Assembly: GCA_030704615.1 (NCBI GenBank)
Contig: CM060734.1
Location: 63,798,001 to 63,862,000 of the forward strand
Source: Takakia lepidozioides
Taxonomy: Eukaryota > Plantae > Bryophyta
Direction of reading: 5' to 3'
Length of the DNA: 64,000 nucleotides
A program made the translations under genes and the position numbers. The notes under the pieces were generated by a model. That model did no database searches, was not told the origin of the DNA, and saw nothing but the letters and a program-made list of their open reading frames with translations. Of the stretch, positions 11,224 through 22,771 are shown one piece after another; within the stretch, counting starts at the first letter, position 1; each line of letters opens with the position of its first letter.

Positions 11224-14200
11224 ATGGGGTCGGGCAAGCCAAAGCGAAAGCGGAACGGCCCAAAAGATGATGATCCTGGTGAGCCCGATGGGGGCGACGT
11301 GTCACCAAAGCGGCCATTTGAGGAAGCGACGCAGGTTTCTGAAAACGAGGCCGCCCAAGAGCGGGAGGAATCCGAGGAGTCGGAGCCCGAGGAATCCGTG
11401 AGAGCTCCGACCGACCAACAGATGCCACCCATGCCGACAGCCTTTTGGGAAGGGTTGTTGGCGCAGTTTGGCGGGACGCTGAAAGACGTGTTGAGGGCGG
11501 CTAATGCCACTTCCCCTAAGGCAAAGTTTAAGGTGAAGCCTAAGGAACCCGGCACCTTCGAGGGCATCCGAAATCGGAAGGCACTCAACACCTGGCTCTT
11601 GGAGCTAGAGCAGTACTTCCGGGTGGCCAAGTTGAGTGACGAGGATCGGGTGGAAGTGGCTCCCACCTATTTGAGGGGCTATGCTCAACAATGGTGGCAG
11701 AAACGCCGTCACGACTGAGGTCCAAGCCCGGAAACCTTGAACTGGAGTGGGTTCAAGGAATTGATTAAGAGACAGTTTGTGCCCCTCAACGCGTCTTGGC
11801 TTGCCCGGGACAAGATGAGGAATTTGAAGCAAACAGACGACATTCGGGGATATGTCCAGGCTTTCAATGTGCTTTTGCTCGAAGTCACGGACATGGCAGA
11901 ACCGGAAATGGTCTTCAACTTTGTGGCGGGACTGGCCCCATGGGCCAGGCGGAAGTTGGAGGAGAAGCCACCTAAGACTTTGAACGAGGCAATTGAGAGG
12001 GCCGAATGTTTCTCAGATGTCTCTAGGGGTGAAAGACAAGGCCGTACGGAGCTGAACCACAAGAAGACCCGGCGGGAAGGTGACTCCTTCCGACCGGAAA
12101 AGAAGTGGGATAGGCCACACAGCGACAATGGCACGTGGAAATCAAAGGGAGGGCCTTCACACGTCAAGGCGGCACCCGGTGCTTCGAAAGGAAAAGCGGG
12201 TGGAGCGGCTTATGGCGGACAGAAGGCGACCTTTGATGGAGTGTGTTTCAATTGCGGAGAGCCCGGGCACATGGCCAAGAAGTGCACGAAACCCCGACAA
12301 TTGAACATGACTCGGGCAACCATGGAGCTGTCGGAAGATACCATCAGTCGCTTGGTAGAAGCGGTGGTCGCCAGGACTTGTAAGATAGGCAAATATTCTT
12401 GTGAGTTGTATCAGGAAACTGGCGCATTGCGTAAAGGGAGTCACTTATTGTTCGTGGATGGGATAATATCCGGAACTAACGTGTCATTGTTGGTGGACAC
12501 AGGAGCGTCGCACTCCTTCATGACACCGGCAACGGCACAAAAGCTGGGACTCCCGACAACTGACGTAGGGGCCTCTATTGAGGTGCGTTCTGCCAAAGGA
12601 GAACCGCAATTGGCGACGAAATTGGCGTTCAATGTTCCTCTTCAACTGGGGAGTTGGGAGGGACGTGAGAACTTCACAGTCTGCGAGATCGATGGAGTGG
12701 ATCTCATTTTGGGGATGACCTTTTTGAGCAAATCCGGAGCGGTCATAGATGGCCGCAAGAGGGTAGTCACGCTGCCATGTTGGAATGGTGGCGAGGTCTT
12801 ACGAGTTTCGGAAACGCCCAAACCCGTGGGAGGGCGAATAAACCTTATGTCAGCAAAGGAGTGGGCCGTGGAGGAGGCACACGAGCCCCAGTTTTTGCTC
12901 TACATTAGAGAAGTCAAGGGAGAATGCGATGGAGAGCCGAGCCCAGATTGGATCAAGGGGATTTTGGAGAAATACCAGGATGTGATGTCGGAGGATTTGC
13001 CAAGCGGCTTGCCACCGCGAAGAGGAGTTGACCACAAGATTGAGGTGATACCGGGATCGGAACCGCCTGCCAAGGCGCCCTACCGGTTGAGCCACAGGGA
13101 GTTGGTCGAGCTGAAGACTCAGCTCAAGGATCTAATGTCAAAGGGGTACATCCGGCCGAGTAAGTCACCTTACGGAGCCCCGGTGCTATTTGCAGACAAG
13201 AAGGATGGGACGCTGCGGATGTGTGTCGATTACAGGGCTCTGAATAAGGTGACTATCAAAAACCGGTACCCTTTGCCAAGGATCGACGACCTCTTCGATC
13301 GGTTGGCAGGAGCGAAGTATTTCAGCCGGATCGACTTGCGCTCCGGCTATCACCAAATTCGGGTGGCGGAAGGAGATGAGGAGAAGACCACGTGCAGGAC
13401 AAGGTATGGTTCATATGAGTTCTTGATGATGTCTTTTGGGCTCACCAATGCACCTGCGACCTTTAGCATGCTGATGAACAGCCTTTTCCAGGAGTGGTTG
13501 GATGACTTTGTGATCGTGTACATCGACGACATCTTGGTGTACTCGAAAACAAAAGAGGAGCACCTGGAGCACCTCAAAAGGGTGTTCCAAAAGTTGCGGG
13601 AAGGGAAGCTGTACGCCAAAGCTTCAAAGTGCGAATTCGGGGTCACGAAAGTGGAGTTCTTGGGGCATGTAATTACACAGGATGGGATCAAAATGGATGA
13701 CAGAAAGGTGAGGGCGATCTTGGACTGGGAGCCTCCGACTTTGGTCCCGGGAGTGCGATCCTTCCTAGGACTCGCCTCCTATTACCGGAAGTATGTGAGA
13801 AATTTCGCCAAGATTGCGGGGCCGCTGTCAGACATTCTGTGTAAATCTAAAGTCTGGGCATGGAACACCTTTTGTGGCCAAGCGTTTGCTGAATTGAAGC
13901 AGCGGATGGCGGAAGCTCCAGTCTTGAAAATCCCGGAGTTCGATCGTCCGTTCGAGATACATACAGATGCGTCGGACTTCGCGATTGGGGGTGTACTGAT
14001 GCAAGATGGACGTCCAGTGGCTTACGAAAGTAAGAAACTGAATGAAGTGGAGCGACGGTGGCCGACGCACGAAAAAAAGATGAAGGCGGTGGTGCACTGT
14101 CTTGAGCTTTGGCGCCACTATGTTGGTTCCAACCCAGTGAAGGTGTTCACGGACAATGTCACAGTGAAGTATTTTGCCACGCAGCCCAAGTTGTCCGCAA

Positions 14201-15786
14201 AACAACTTAGGTGGCAAGATACTTTGGCGGTGTTCGACGTGGATATCCAGTACAAACCGGGACGAGACAACGTGGTGGCCGATGCTTTAAGTAGAAAGCA
14301 GCAGCTCTTGTTGGTGTACAAGGGCGAGACGGCGCTCCAAAGGAAGATCCGGAAGGCTTGCCGGAATGATGAGCTGGCGAAGTCCGTGATGCAGGACTTG
14401 AGGATGGGGGTTAAATCGCAGTTCCACTTGCAAAATGGACTGCTCCGGTATAAGCAAAAACGTCTCTACGTGCCAAAGGGAGGGATCAGAGATAGCCTCT
14501 TGAGAGAATGCCATGATAGCCCGCTTGCGGGCCACGGCGGAGCCAAGCGTACTGCGACACTCTTGAAGAAAGAGTATTTCTGGCCCAAACTGAGGGAGGA
14601 GGCAGAGGAGTATGTCAAGACATGCACCACATGCCAACAAAACCGGAGCGAGTACAAAAAGCAAGCGGGGCTGTTACAACCCTTGCCGATTCCAGAGGGG
14701 ACTTGGGAAAGCGTCTTGATGGATTTCATGACTGCTATGCCGCTGTCAAAATGATTCGATGCAATCATGGTGGTGGTAGATAGGTTCAGTAAAATGGGCC
14801 ATTTCATCCCCACCAAGGAGACGGCAACGGCGCAGGAGACAGGGCGACTTTACTTCGCCCACGTCTTAAAGCATCATGGAGTCCCGAAGGATATTGTCTC
14901 GGACCGCGATCCAAAGTTTACGAGTAAATTCTGGAGAGCACTTTGGAAGAAGATGGGGACGAGGCTGAAGATGAGCACTGCCTTCCGACCTACGACCGAC
15001 GGCCAAACAGAAAGGGTGAATTCCGTTGTGAAGCAGATCTTGCGGAATTACGTGTCGGCAGACCAAACAGATTGGGTGGAACACTTAAACGCGGCAGAGT
15101 TCTGTTATAATAACACAGAACACTCCGCAACGGGAGTTTCTCCTTTCGTATTGGTTTATGGAAAAGCACCTCTGGTGCCGACAAGTTGGGCCGCCCAGGA
15201 CGTCGAAGAACCGGCAGTAGCGGCGGTACTGGAAGAACGCGAGCGTTTGTTGAAGCTCGCAAAGTACAACATTGCCAAAGCTAGGAAACGGTATGAAAGG
15301 CAGGCGAATCGGAAGCGGAGGGAAGTGAAGTTTGAGGCAGGCACAGAGGTCTGGTTGAACATCAAGAATTTCCAACTACCTCCGGAAGTGAGTCCGAAGT
15401 TCGTACCTCCGTATGCGGGACCCTTTCGCATTCGGAAGGTTATGAATGAGGATGTGTATGAATTGGAGCTGCCAGCAAACAGCAAGGTGCACCCAGTATT
15501 CCATGTCTCCCTTTTGAAGCCTTACTTCAAAGATGAAGCGCGTCCGAATCGGCATCAAGTGTTGCGTCCGCCACCTATGCTGTTGGATCATGAAAATGAA
15601 CCTGAGTACGAGGTGGAGGCAATACTTAAGTCGAGGAGGTTCAGGAACCGAGAACCGGAGTATCTCGTCAAATGGAAGGGCTATCATCATGTGGAGGCAT
15701 CTTGGGTGCGTGCCTCAGAAATGGGAAACGCATCCGAGGCGGTTGCAGCTTTCGAAGGGCGACCTCAAAAGCGGAAGAAGCGTTGA
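11224..15786 (+). pseudogene. Single-frame gag-pol polyprotein with two premature TGA stops
   Basis: ORFs 11170-11718, 11737-14754 and 14767-15786 share one frame; stops at 11716-11718 and 14752-14754. CCHC knuckle [14 protein letters not shown], protease LVDTGAS, RT YIDD, RNase H TDASD, integrase HHCC/DDE, chromodomain EYEVEAIL...YLVKWKGY. Confidence 0.95.
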
Positions 15787-16691
15787 TGGGGACATCAACC
15801 TTGGAGCGTGGGGGAGGAAATGCATGCTTAGCCCGGCTTAGCTAGCTTAGGAATCCGATTGCAAAAACTTGTATTGTACAAAACGTGCTATAAATGAAAT
15901 GGCTTCCAAATGTTGTGCGTCCTATTTTGTTTGGAATGGTGATGCATGGTATGGTTGGCTAGTGTGTAGAATGCATGCTAGCTTATAAAAGTGGGAGAGG
16001 TAAATTGGGTTAATCGTGTGTTTGCGTAGTGCCGAAATCGGGTGACCCCCATCCGAGGGGCAAAGAAACTTGCGCCTTCTTTGGGAGTTCACGTGCTAGT
16101 GCGCACATGGCGCGTGCGCGTACTATAACTGCGCTACCGAGGGGGTTGCCTTGTAGTGCGGGCTAACGCGGAAGCCACGTGTTTCCGTTCACGTACTATA
16201 ATCGTGTAGCCTCGGGACGAAGTTGTAGTGCGGCTTCGGCGTGTTCCCGTACCTCAGGCCAGCATTCCAAGGCGGACCCAATTGTAGTGATTGGGGCGCA
16301 CGGTTGGTTCAAGATTATCGTCCTAGTCAAAGAGGGTTCTAGGGAAACCCTTGCTCAAGGTGATGCCAAAAGCGGCATCATGAGCGGTCGCAAGCAATGT
16401 TGTTGCAGTAAGGCGATTCGATCCTCGGGGAGGATCGTTCCTTGGCCTTGAAGTAGGCCAAGAAGAGTGCACTGGGAGGAGCTGGAGAGGCTCCACCCTT
16501 GGCCGGGACTTGGAGGAAGTCGGCCGAACTAGCTAGTGGAGAGTAGAGTCAAGTGTGGGGTTTGGTTCTTTGCCATGGGACGCCATGGTGCGGAAACAAA
16601 CTCTTTGAGGTGGGACGCCACAACTTGGATGTTTGTTTCTACAAAATGGACAAGTCGATGAGGACATCGACTCCCTGTTGGTAGGGGTGTG

Positions 16692-17421
16692 TGTCGCGGC
16701 CCTTTGCCTTGAGGGCAGGGGGGGTCGGGACACATGAGGGGCTGCCCCTGTGGTGGGGGCAGCGGCAGCGATAGGTACGGGGGGCTGAAGCACCCTTGAG
16801 TGCCCAAGGCACTCAAGGAGGCGGAGGCGCTCACTAGGTGGAGCCCCGCACACCGGGTTGCGGTGGGGGTGGCTCCACAAGGGGTGGTGGTAGCTTAGCG
16901 GGACTTAGTGGGGGTGGCATAGGACTCACCATGGGGGCGGAGACCTCGTGGTGGGAGTCGTGGGGAGTCTTGGGACTCATCACGGTCCATAGGGGCCGTG
17001 GTGAGTGGGCCAAGACTCACCGCGACTCACCACCGGGAGTCGAGGATTTTCGTGGTGGTTCGCCATAAAATGGCATGGCTGGTTGTGAAACCCCCGCGGA
17101 CAGCTACAGAAGTATATATAAGGGGAGTAGTGACCCCGAGAACGGTGCAAGCCCGTTGGTGACCAAAAACTAGTGAGTAAGCGAGCGAGCCAGAAAGCGA
17201 CCAAAGAGTGAGGAGCTGTTCCGGACTGCCAACTACCAAAGGGAATTCCACTAGGCCCAAAGAGGTGGAGGGTTTAGTGGGAGAGCGAAGGGGGACCGTT
17301 ATGTCCCGGTGAGCAGCCGAAGCTCCAAGTTGGCCCGGCGGCTAGGTTGGGAGTCAGGCGCGCGCATCAGAGCGAGTAACTATGACTTGAAGGGGAGCTT
17401 ACCGAAGTGAGGTGCGCGACA
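16692..17421 (+). repeat. 3' LTR of chromovirus
   Basis: Near-identical copy of 10439-11168, preceded by purine-rich GGTAGGGG. Confidence 0.95.
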
Positions 17422-18475
17422 GTGGGTGTGTTGGGTGTATGTTGGGTGTTGGCGATTGAGAGTGGCATGGGATGTGTTTGGGGCTACTGGTGGCGGGGGT
17501 GGGGGGTGCTTTGGGTGCTTGTTTTTGGGCTAAGCATTGGGGGGGGCGGTTTCGGGTGTCTGCTGGTTTTGGGCTGACCATTGGGGGGTTTGGGGAAGGG
17601 GAAGAGGGACATGGCAGCTTGCTGGGGAGGTTTCTTGGCTTGGGGTGATCACACAATGGCCAGTCTGCACAATGGCCAGATCAGGGGGTTCAAGTCCCCC
17701 TCAGTTCATAGCTCGTGTTTTTTAGTATGCTTCCTGGTGTGGTTGTGGGAAGCGGTTGGCCGTTGGTAGGTCATGGAGGGAGAGCGCTGAAACGCGGGGT
17801 GGAGGGCCCCGTGACTTCTTTGGTTTGTGATGACGTGGCCGGATTTTTTTGGCCGGAAATGTCTATCGGCTCCGGGCAATTCTTGGCCGGAGCTGGGATT
17901 CAAGTAGGGATTCGGTTTTTTGGCAATCTTTGCCTACAAACAGCTTAGAATGTGGATTTTTTTTTCCAGGGTACTCGGTAGGTAGGCAAACAACAACATG
18001 ACAAGAGGAATTTGGATTCCCTCACAAATTGCCCCACATTTGTGGGGATGTGTTTTTCCCATGAGAGAAATTGGCATTTTGACCCCCCTGTTTTCCCATA
18101 CAAAGCAACCATTATGCATTTTTGGAATTTGGCTCTGGAATTTTGGGAGGCTTTGCTGTGGGTGCCATATAATCTGAAGCTGGGTAGGTTGTATCAATGA
18201 AAAATTAAAAAGGTTGGCAATCTGCTTGGTCAAACCAAATTTTCATGTTGAAAATATATCCAACAAAAAAAAAAAGCCTAGAACTTTTGTTATAGTCTTC
18301 CACTTTAGACGGTCAAATCTCCTGAAATTCTTTACTTCAGGTGCATGAAGTAGGTAGGATGACTTTGGAACGGTTCATCCCCTCGGATGTTTGTCAAATG
18401 GGTGATACACCCTCATCCGTGAGGGTATGTCTGGTTTTAGACGGGCCCACCAAAAACAGGCTCGTCCTTGAAGGG

Positions 18476-19130
18476 TTAACCATGTTAATGAAATCATCAG
18501 CGATAGAGCTCCACACAGCTTTGTAAACTCTTTGGGGATCCCATCCAAACCCGGGGCTTTAAAGTCTTTAAGTTCCTTACGGGCATCCTGAATTTCAATG
18601 TCAGTGAAATCAACACATAAAGCTGCGGCTTGTTCTTCTGCTTACGAGGAATATGGTCCCAGGCAGCCACTCTAGCAAGATCAGCATGTATCGATGGAGG
18701 ATCCGCCTTAAAGTAAGAGAATAAAAAATTGGAGGCAATCCGATTTAAGGCAGGAGGGTCAGAGACCAGAGTTCCATTGCTGTCACTCAGCCCAACAATG
18801 GATTGAGCGGCCAGCCTTTGATTAGTTTTGGAAAAAAAGTATTTTAACATACGCTTTCCCTTAAGAGACCAATTCACACACTGCTCTGACTCTATAGAAG
18901 TCTTCTTTAGCATTCTGAACAGCAAGAAGCCCCCGCTTAGCTTCCAAGAGAGAAGAGAGAGTAGAGGGGCCAGCTCTGTTCTCCTCTTTTTTTTTTTGGC
19001 AGACAGCAATGCATTTGATAAGCCCTCTTTCTTTACAAGAACTCCTTAGAGCCAACTCCTTAAATAGCAAAAGCCCCAGCTTCCTACAGGCCTCAATCTT
19101 CCTAGGAATTTGAGAGTATGCGAAGAGATA
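18476..19130 (-). mobile_element. L1-type LINE ORF2 fragment cut at the piggyBac TTAA
   Basis: Minus strand: KYFFSK...SIVGLSDSNG...; KAPGLDGIPKE/FYKAVW (frameshifted), the start of the RT region; ends exactly at the TTAA. Confidence 0.75.
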
Positions 19131-19856
19131 GAAGCAGCAGAGGTCCAACACAAACAATACTCCTGTATTATTATTATTATTAATCAAGAAATGACACGTC
19201 CACAACTATAAATAAAGTAAAACAGATCCATTCATCCCTACGTAGTATGGTGATTGCTAGGTCAAAGGTAGATGGCGTGAGAAGAAGGGAAGCAGCTGTT
19301 GACCGGCCCGGCCCGGCCATGCCTACTTGCGCAGCGGCGGCGGAAGGGGCTCCCGTGGGGCCGCCGCCTCCAAGTGGGCTGCCGCTCCGTCGCCGGCGAA
19401 CTGCGCCTGCCCACGTGGCGGACGTTTCCAACGTCCTTCTGCGCGGCGCCCAATGGTGGCCGGCGCTTCCGGCCGGCTATGCTGTTGACTCACTTCTGAC
19501 CGTCAGAGGAGATCCATCCATCCACGGAGTTAGACACCTGTGAGTGCCTTGTATCCCACTTAGTTCATCAAAATATGCTCCCTGCTCTGTTTTTTTTGTT
19601 TTTTTGTTTTTTGCTCTTCTTTTTTCCTGCATGTGCAAAGTAAACAACATTTTGGGAGCGACTGCTCACAATTCAGGCCCTTGAGGAGGGGGAAAAATTA
19701 ACACCTACAACATTTTTGTTTTCCCACCTCCGTCGCCTTTGTCCGTAGAAAAAGAAAAAAAGAAAACAATCCCACACAACATAATCAGGTGTGCAATCCA
19801 CTGTGTAGCTGCGTTGCTGCTCGGATGCCGCGCGCTCCGTCCATCGGTCACTGTGC

Positions 19857-20240
19857 GGCAGGTTCACACGGCAAAAATCCGTCCGTCCAATTTAGCCATA
19901 GTGGTGGGCCCTCCGAACTGTGGAGGGACGGACGGGACCGACGGTGCAACATGTCCACACGCAATAGTACACACGTGACGCAACACATAAGTTTAGCAAG
20001 AGAAGCTCTCATAAAGAGTCCTCCGGCTAAACCCTACACACATGTTTTAGCCATGATAGCCAAGGAGAAGGAATGAGGGATGGGACGGACAGCGACGGAT
20101 AGCGGGAAGTACCTACAGTGGCCAGGCCGTCCATCCCTTCCTCGCCGTCGCGTTCCTCAAGGGTGGACCCCGGCCCGCCACACCCGCTGCAGCCGCCACG
20201 TCCGGATGGGACGGACGGATTTTTGCCGTGTGAACCTGCC
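19857..20240. mobile_element. PIF/Harbinger (Tourist-like) MITE, 384 bp
   Basis: Perfect 32-bp TIR GGCAGGTTCACACGGCAAAAATCCGTCCGTCC (19857-19888 / 20209-20240); internal GACGGACG repeats; flanks TGC/TGA (3-bp TSD with one mismatch). Confidence 0.8.
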
Positions 20241-20773
20241 TGAGTTAGTGAGTAGGGAGTAGCGAGCGGTGGGGGGGACCAGCACGCCACAAGGCGCCAA
20301 GCGAGCGCGGGAATAGGAGGAGCAAGCCGGAAATAGGGGAGCTTGGCGTTATCGCCGCCTGCCTACGCCAACGTCTCTCTTCTCTCTCTTCTCACTCTCG
20401 CTCGTCTCCGTCACACCTCCCCGCATTTAACTTTTCTTACCATTTCCTACCCTTCTCTTCTACTCGTACTCCCTCCCATCTTCCTGAGCTTTCGATTCCT
20501 GAGTTCTGTATACTATTCAGTTTTGGGTGTCCAACTGCCGGTTTTATCCCTTCACAGACGAGGTCGGAGGAAGTCGGGAGCTAGCTAGCTGCAAGTATTT
20601 TGAAACATGAACTGGAAGAGTTGAGGACGCAAACGAAGGAGGATGGGCACGATCGCCTCGGAAAACCATCACTTGCGGACATGCAAGATTTGAGTGTAGA
20701 TTGAGGGAATTGGCACCGGTCCGACCGCTCAGTGTCGACTCGAAGCACAATTGAGAGGTGACAGATCTATGAT

Positions 20774-22771
20774 ATGTCGCATAATGGGAATCAGGTAGTG
20801 ATGTACCATGCGCCACGCTCGGATACCTCCCTCGTGGCGTTGGCGCAGCAACTGTTGCAGCAGCATCAATACAAGCAGCAGTGGTGGCCGCAGAGCAAAG
20901 CTCAATTCGCTGCGGCGCTCGCTTATCAAACTGAGCCGACATCCGTGCTCGATTTGTGCAGCCCCACGTTGGATTCTATGCCTTCTCAACAGGTACTGCG
21001 TATGGAAGCTCCTCTCTTTACTCGACCTGTTGAAGGAGGGCAGTGTGCGACTGTGTCGCAAACTGTGCTGCAGCAACGAGCAGGCTATGGTATCGTGGCC
21101 GACACTAGTGGCAGCAGGTGCGGTGATCGAGAGTTGGCGTCCGTAGAGTTACCTGCCTTAAAGCTGGACGACTTCCACGACATGGGATTTGGCAGCGGCT
21201 CTGTCGTAGGGGAGCGCCTGCTGGAGGGTGGGGTTTATCCACAAGGGGGCAGCGAGTGGATGGACCTCGTGAGCGACCTGCAGCCATGCGAGTCCACTGA
21301 GAGCTCTGCTTTGCCTGTGGTTGTGGATGTCTGGCAGGATGACTTTACTTTACCCCGAGACCTATGTGTGCCGTCTGAATCATCAGAGGAGGTGGGTGTT
21401 GCAACATGGCGGCCTACCGCGGATGAGCTCCTGTCGCTCCAAAACAAGGCAGTGCATGAGGATCGGTATGACATTCAGCACTGCCTACACCCGCTGCAGC
21501 AGCTGGATCAGCTCCAGGAACAGGCTTTCCCGGATGACACGGCGCCTGCAAGGAGTGGGAAGGAGCAGGCCGACATGGAGGTGGGAGTAGGAGAAGGAGA
21601 AACTGGGGTGAGCGACTATAGTGGCGCGGAGGAGCGTGACCACGGCGTGCAGCTCGTTCATCTGTTGTTGGAGTGCGCAGAGGCCATGGATGGCGGATGG
21701 CGCACCGCAGCCGTCACACTGCGTCACCTGCGTGACCTGTCATCGCCCTATGGGGACCCCATGCAGAGAGTGGCAGCTTACTTCTGTGACGCGCTTGCAA
21801 GGCGTCTGGCCAAGTCCAAGGGCATCATAGATCCTTGTGCAGGCTCAGCAGGAGGGGAGAGTTTGCAAGAGTCGATGGTGGCATACCGTGCTCTGAATGA
21901 AGCATGTCCTTACTCCAAATTTGCGCACCTCACAGCAAACCAGGCTATTCTGGAAGCACTGGACAGTGCAGACTGTGTGCACATCATAGACTTCGGAATA
22001 ATGCAGGGGGTACAATGGGCCGCTCTGCTTCAGGCCTTTGCAACCAGGCCAGGTGGTAGGCCCCCTCCTAAGATTCGCATCACTGGAATTGGTGGACCAA
22101 AATTGGGGTGCGATACCCCTCCCTCTCTTCTTGCAACAGGTAAGAGGCTCCATGAATTTGCAGCACTGCTCAAGATCGATTTTGAGTTTTGCCCCATTGT
22201 AGCTCGGCTGGAGGAGGTGGACATTGGGATGCTGCGCGTGGATCCAACAGAGCGCGTGGCAGTCAATTTCATGCTGCAGCTATACCAGCTGCTGGGCGAC
22301 AGCTCCCTACCCCTCCAGCGCATGCTGCAACTAGTGCATAGCCTGAAGCCGGCAGTGGTGACGCTGACTGAGTATGAGATCAGCCTCAATGGGCCCGCTT
22401 TTCAGCCTCTCTTCGTGGATGCCCTGCACTTCTACTGTGCCATCTTTGACTCGTTAGATGCCACCATGCCCCGTGACTGCCAGGACCGCTTGAATGTGGA
22501 GAGTCTGTTTTTTGCGAAGGAGATTGACAGCATTGTGGCGTTCGAGGGCGCCAGGCGCAAAGAGCGGCACGAGGATAGAGAGCAGTGGAGCAGCATTATG
22601 CAGGGAGCGGGCTTCCACAACGCACCTCTAAGTCACTACGCGACCAGCCAGGCTCACCAGCTGCTATGGCTCTACTGTGACAACTTTCGGCTGCATCAGG
22701 GACCTGGCTGCCTCTCTCTGGGCTGGCAAGACCGGCCCCTCATTACTGTGTCCGCCTGGCTCTGCTCTTGA
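20774..22771 (+). CDS. GRAS family transcription factor, SCL4/7-like, intronless, 665 aa
   Basis: LVHLLLECA; GDPMQRVAAYF; ACPYSKFAHLTANQAILEA; VHIIDFG; QWAALLQAFATR; SLLATGKRL; terminal SAW. The start codon could be a nearby downstream ATG. Confidence 0.95.
   Translation: MSHNGNQVVMYHAPRSDTSLVALAQQLLQQHQYKQQWWPQSKAQFAAALAYQTEPTSVLDLCSPTLDSMPSQQVLRMEAPLFTRPVEGGQCATVSQTVLQQRAGYGIVADTSGSRCGDRELASVELPALKLDDFHDMGFGSGSVVGERLLEGGVYPQGGSEWMDLVSDLQPCESTESSALPVVVDVWQDDFTLPRDLCVPSESSEEVGVATWRPTADELLSLQNKAVHEDRYDIQHCLHPLQQLDQLQEQAFPDDTAPARSGKEQADMEVGVGEGETGVSDYSGAEERDHGVQLVHLLLECAEAMDGGWRTAAVTLRHLRDLSSPYGDPMQRVAAYFCDALARRLAKSKGIIDPCAGSAGGESLQESMVAYRALNEACPYSKFAHLTANQAILEALDSADCVHIIDFGIMQGVQWAALLQAFATRPGGRPPPKIRITGIGGPKLGCDTPPSLLATGKRLHEFAALLKIDFEFCPIVARLEEVDIGMLRVDPTERVAVNFMLQLYQLLGDSSLPLQRMLQLVHSLKPAVVTLTEYEISLNGPAFQPLFVDALHFYCAIFDSLDATMPRDCQDRLNVESLFFAKEIDSIVAFEGARRKERHEDREQWSSIMQGAGFHNAPLSHYATSQAHQLLWLYCDNFRLHQGPGCLSLGWQDRPLITVSAWLCS

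Larger units (their letters stand above)
10439..17421 (+). mobile_element. Full-length Ty3/gypsy chromovirus (Galadriel-like) LTR retrotransposon
   Basis: Two 730-bp TG...CA LTRs, 5-bp TSD GTGGG (10434-10438, 17422-17426), iMet PBS, and gag-PR-RT-RH-IN-chromodomain. Clade inferred from [15 protein letters not shown]...[18 protein letters not shown]. Confidence 0.95.
8827..18475 (+). mobile_element. piggyBac transposon remnant (5' end deleted) containing a nested Ty3 element
   Basis: Transposase at ~8827-10316. Right end ...CTCGTCCTTGAAGGG|TTAA at 18475/18476-18479 has the canonical GGG-TTAA form. Left TIR not found. Confidence 0.75.

Noticed and set aside
11716-14754. Programmed stop-codon readthrough in gag-pol
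   Set aside because: The stops fall inside the capsid and integrase domains, not at the gag/pol boundary; point mutations are more likely.
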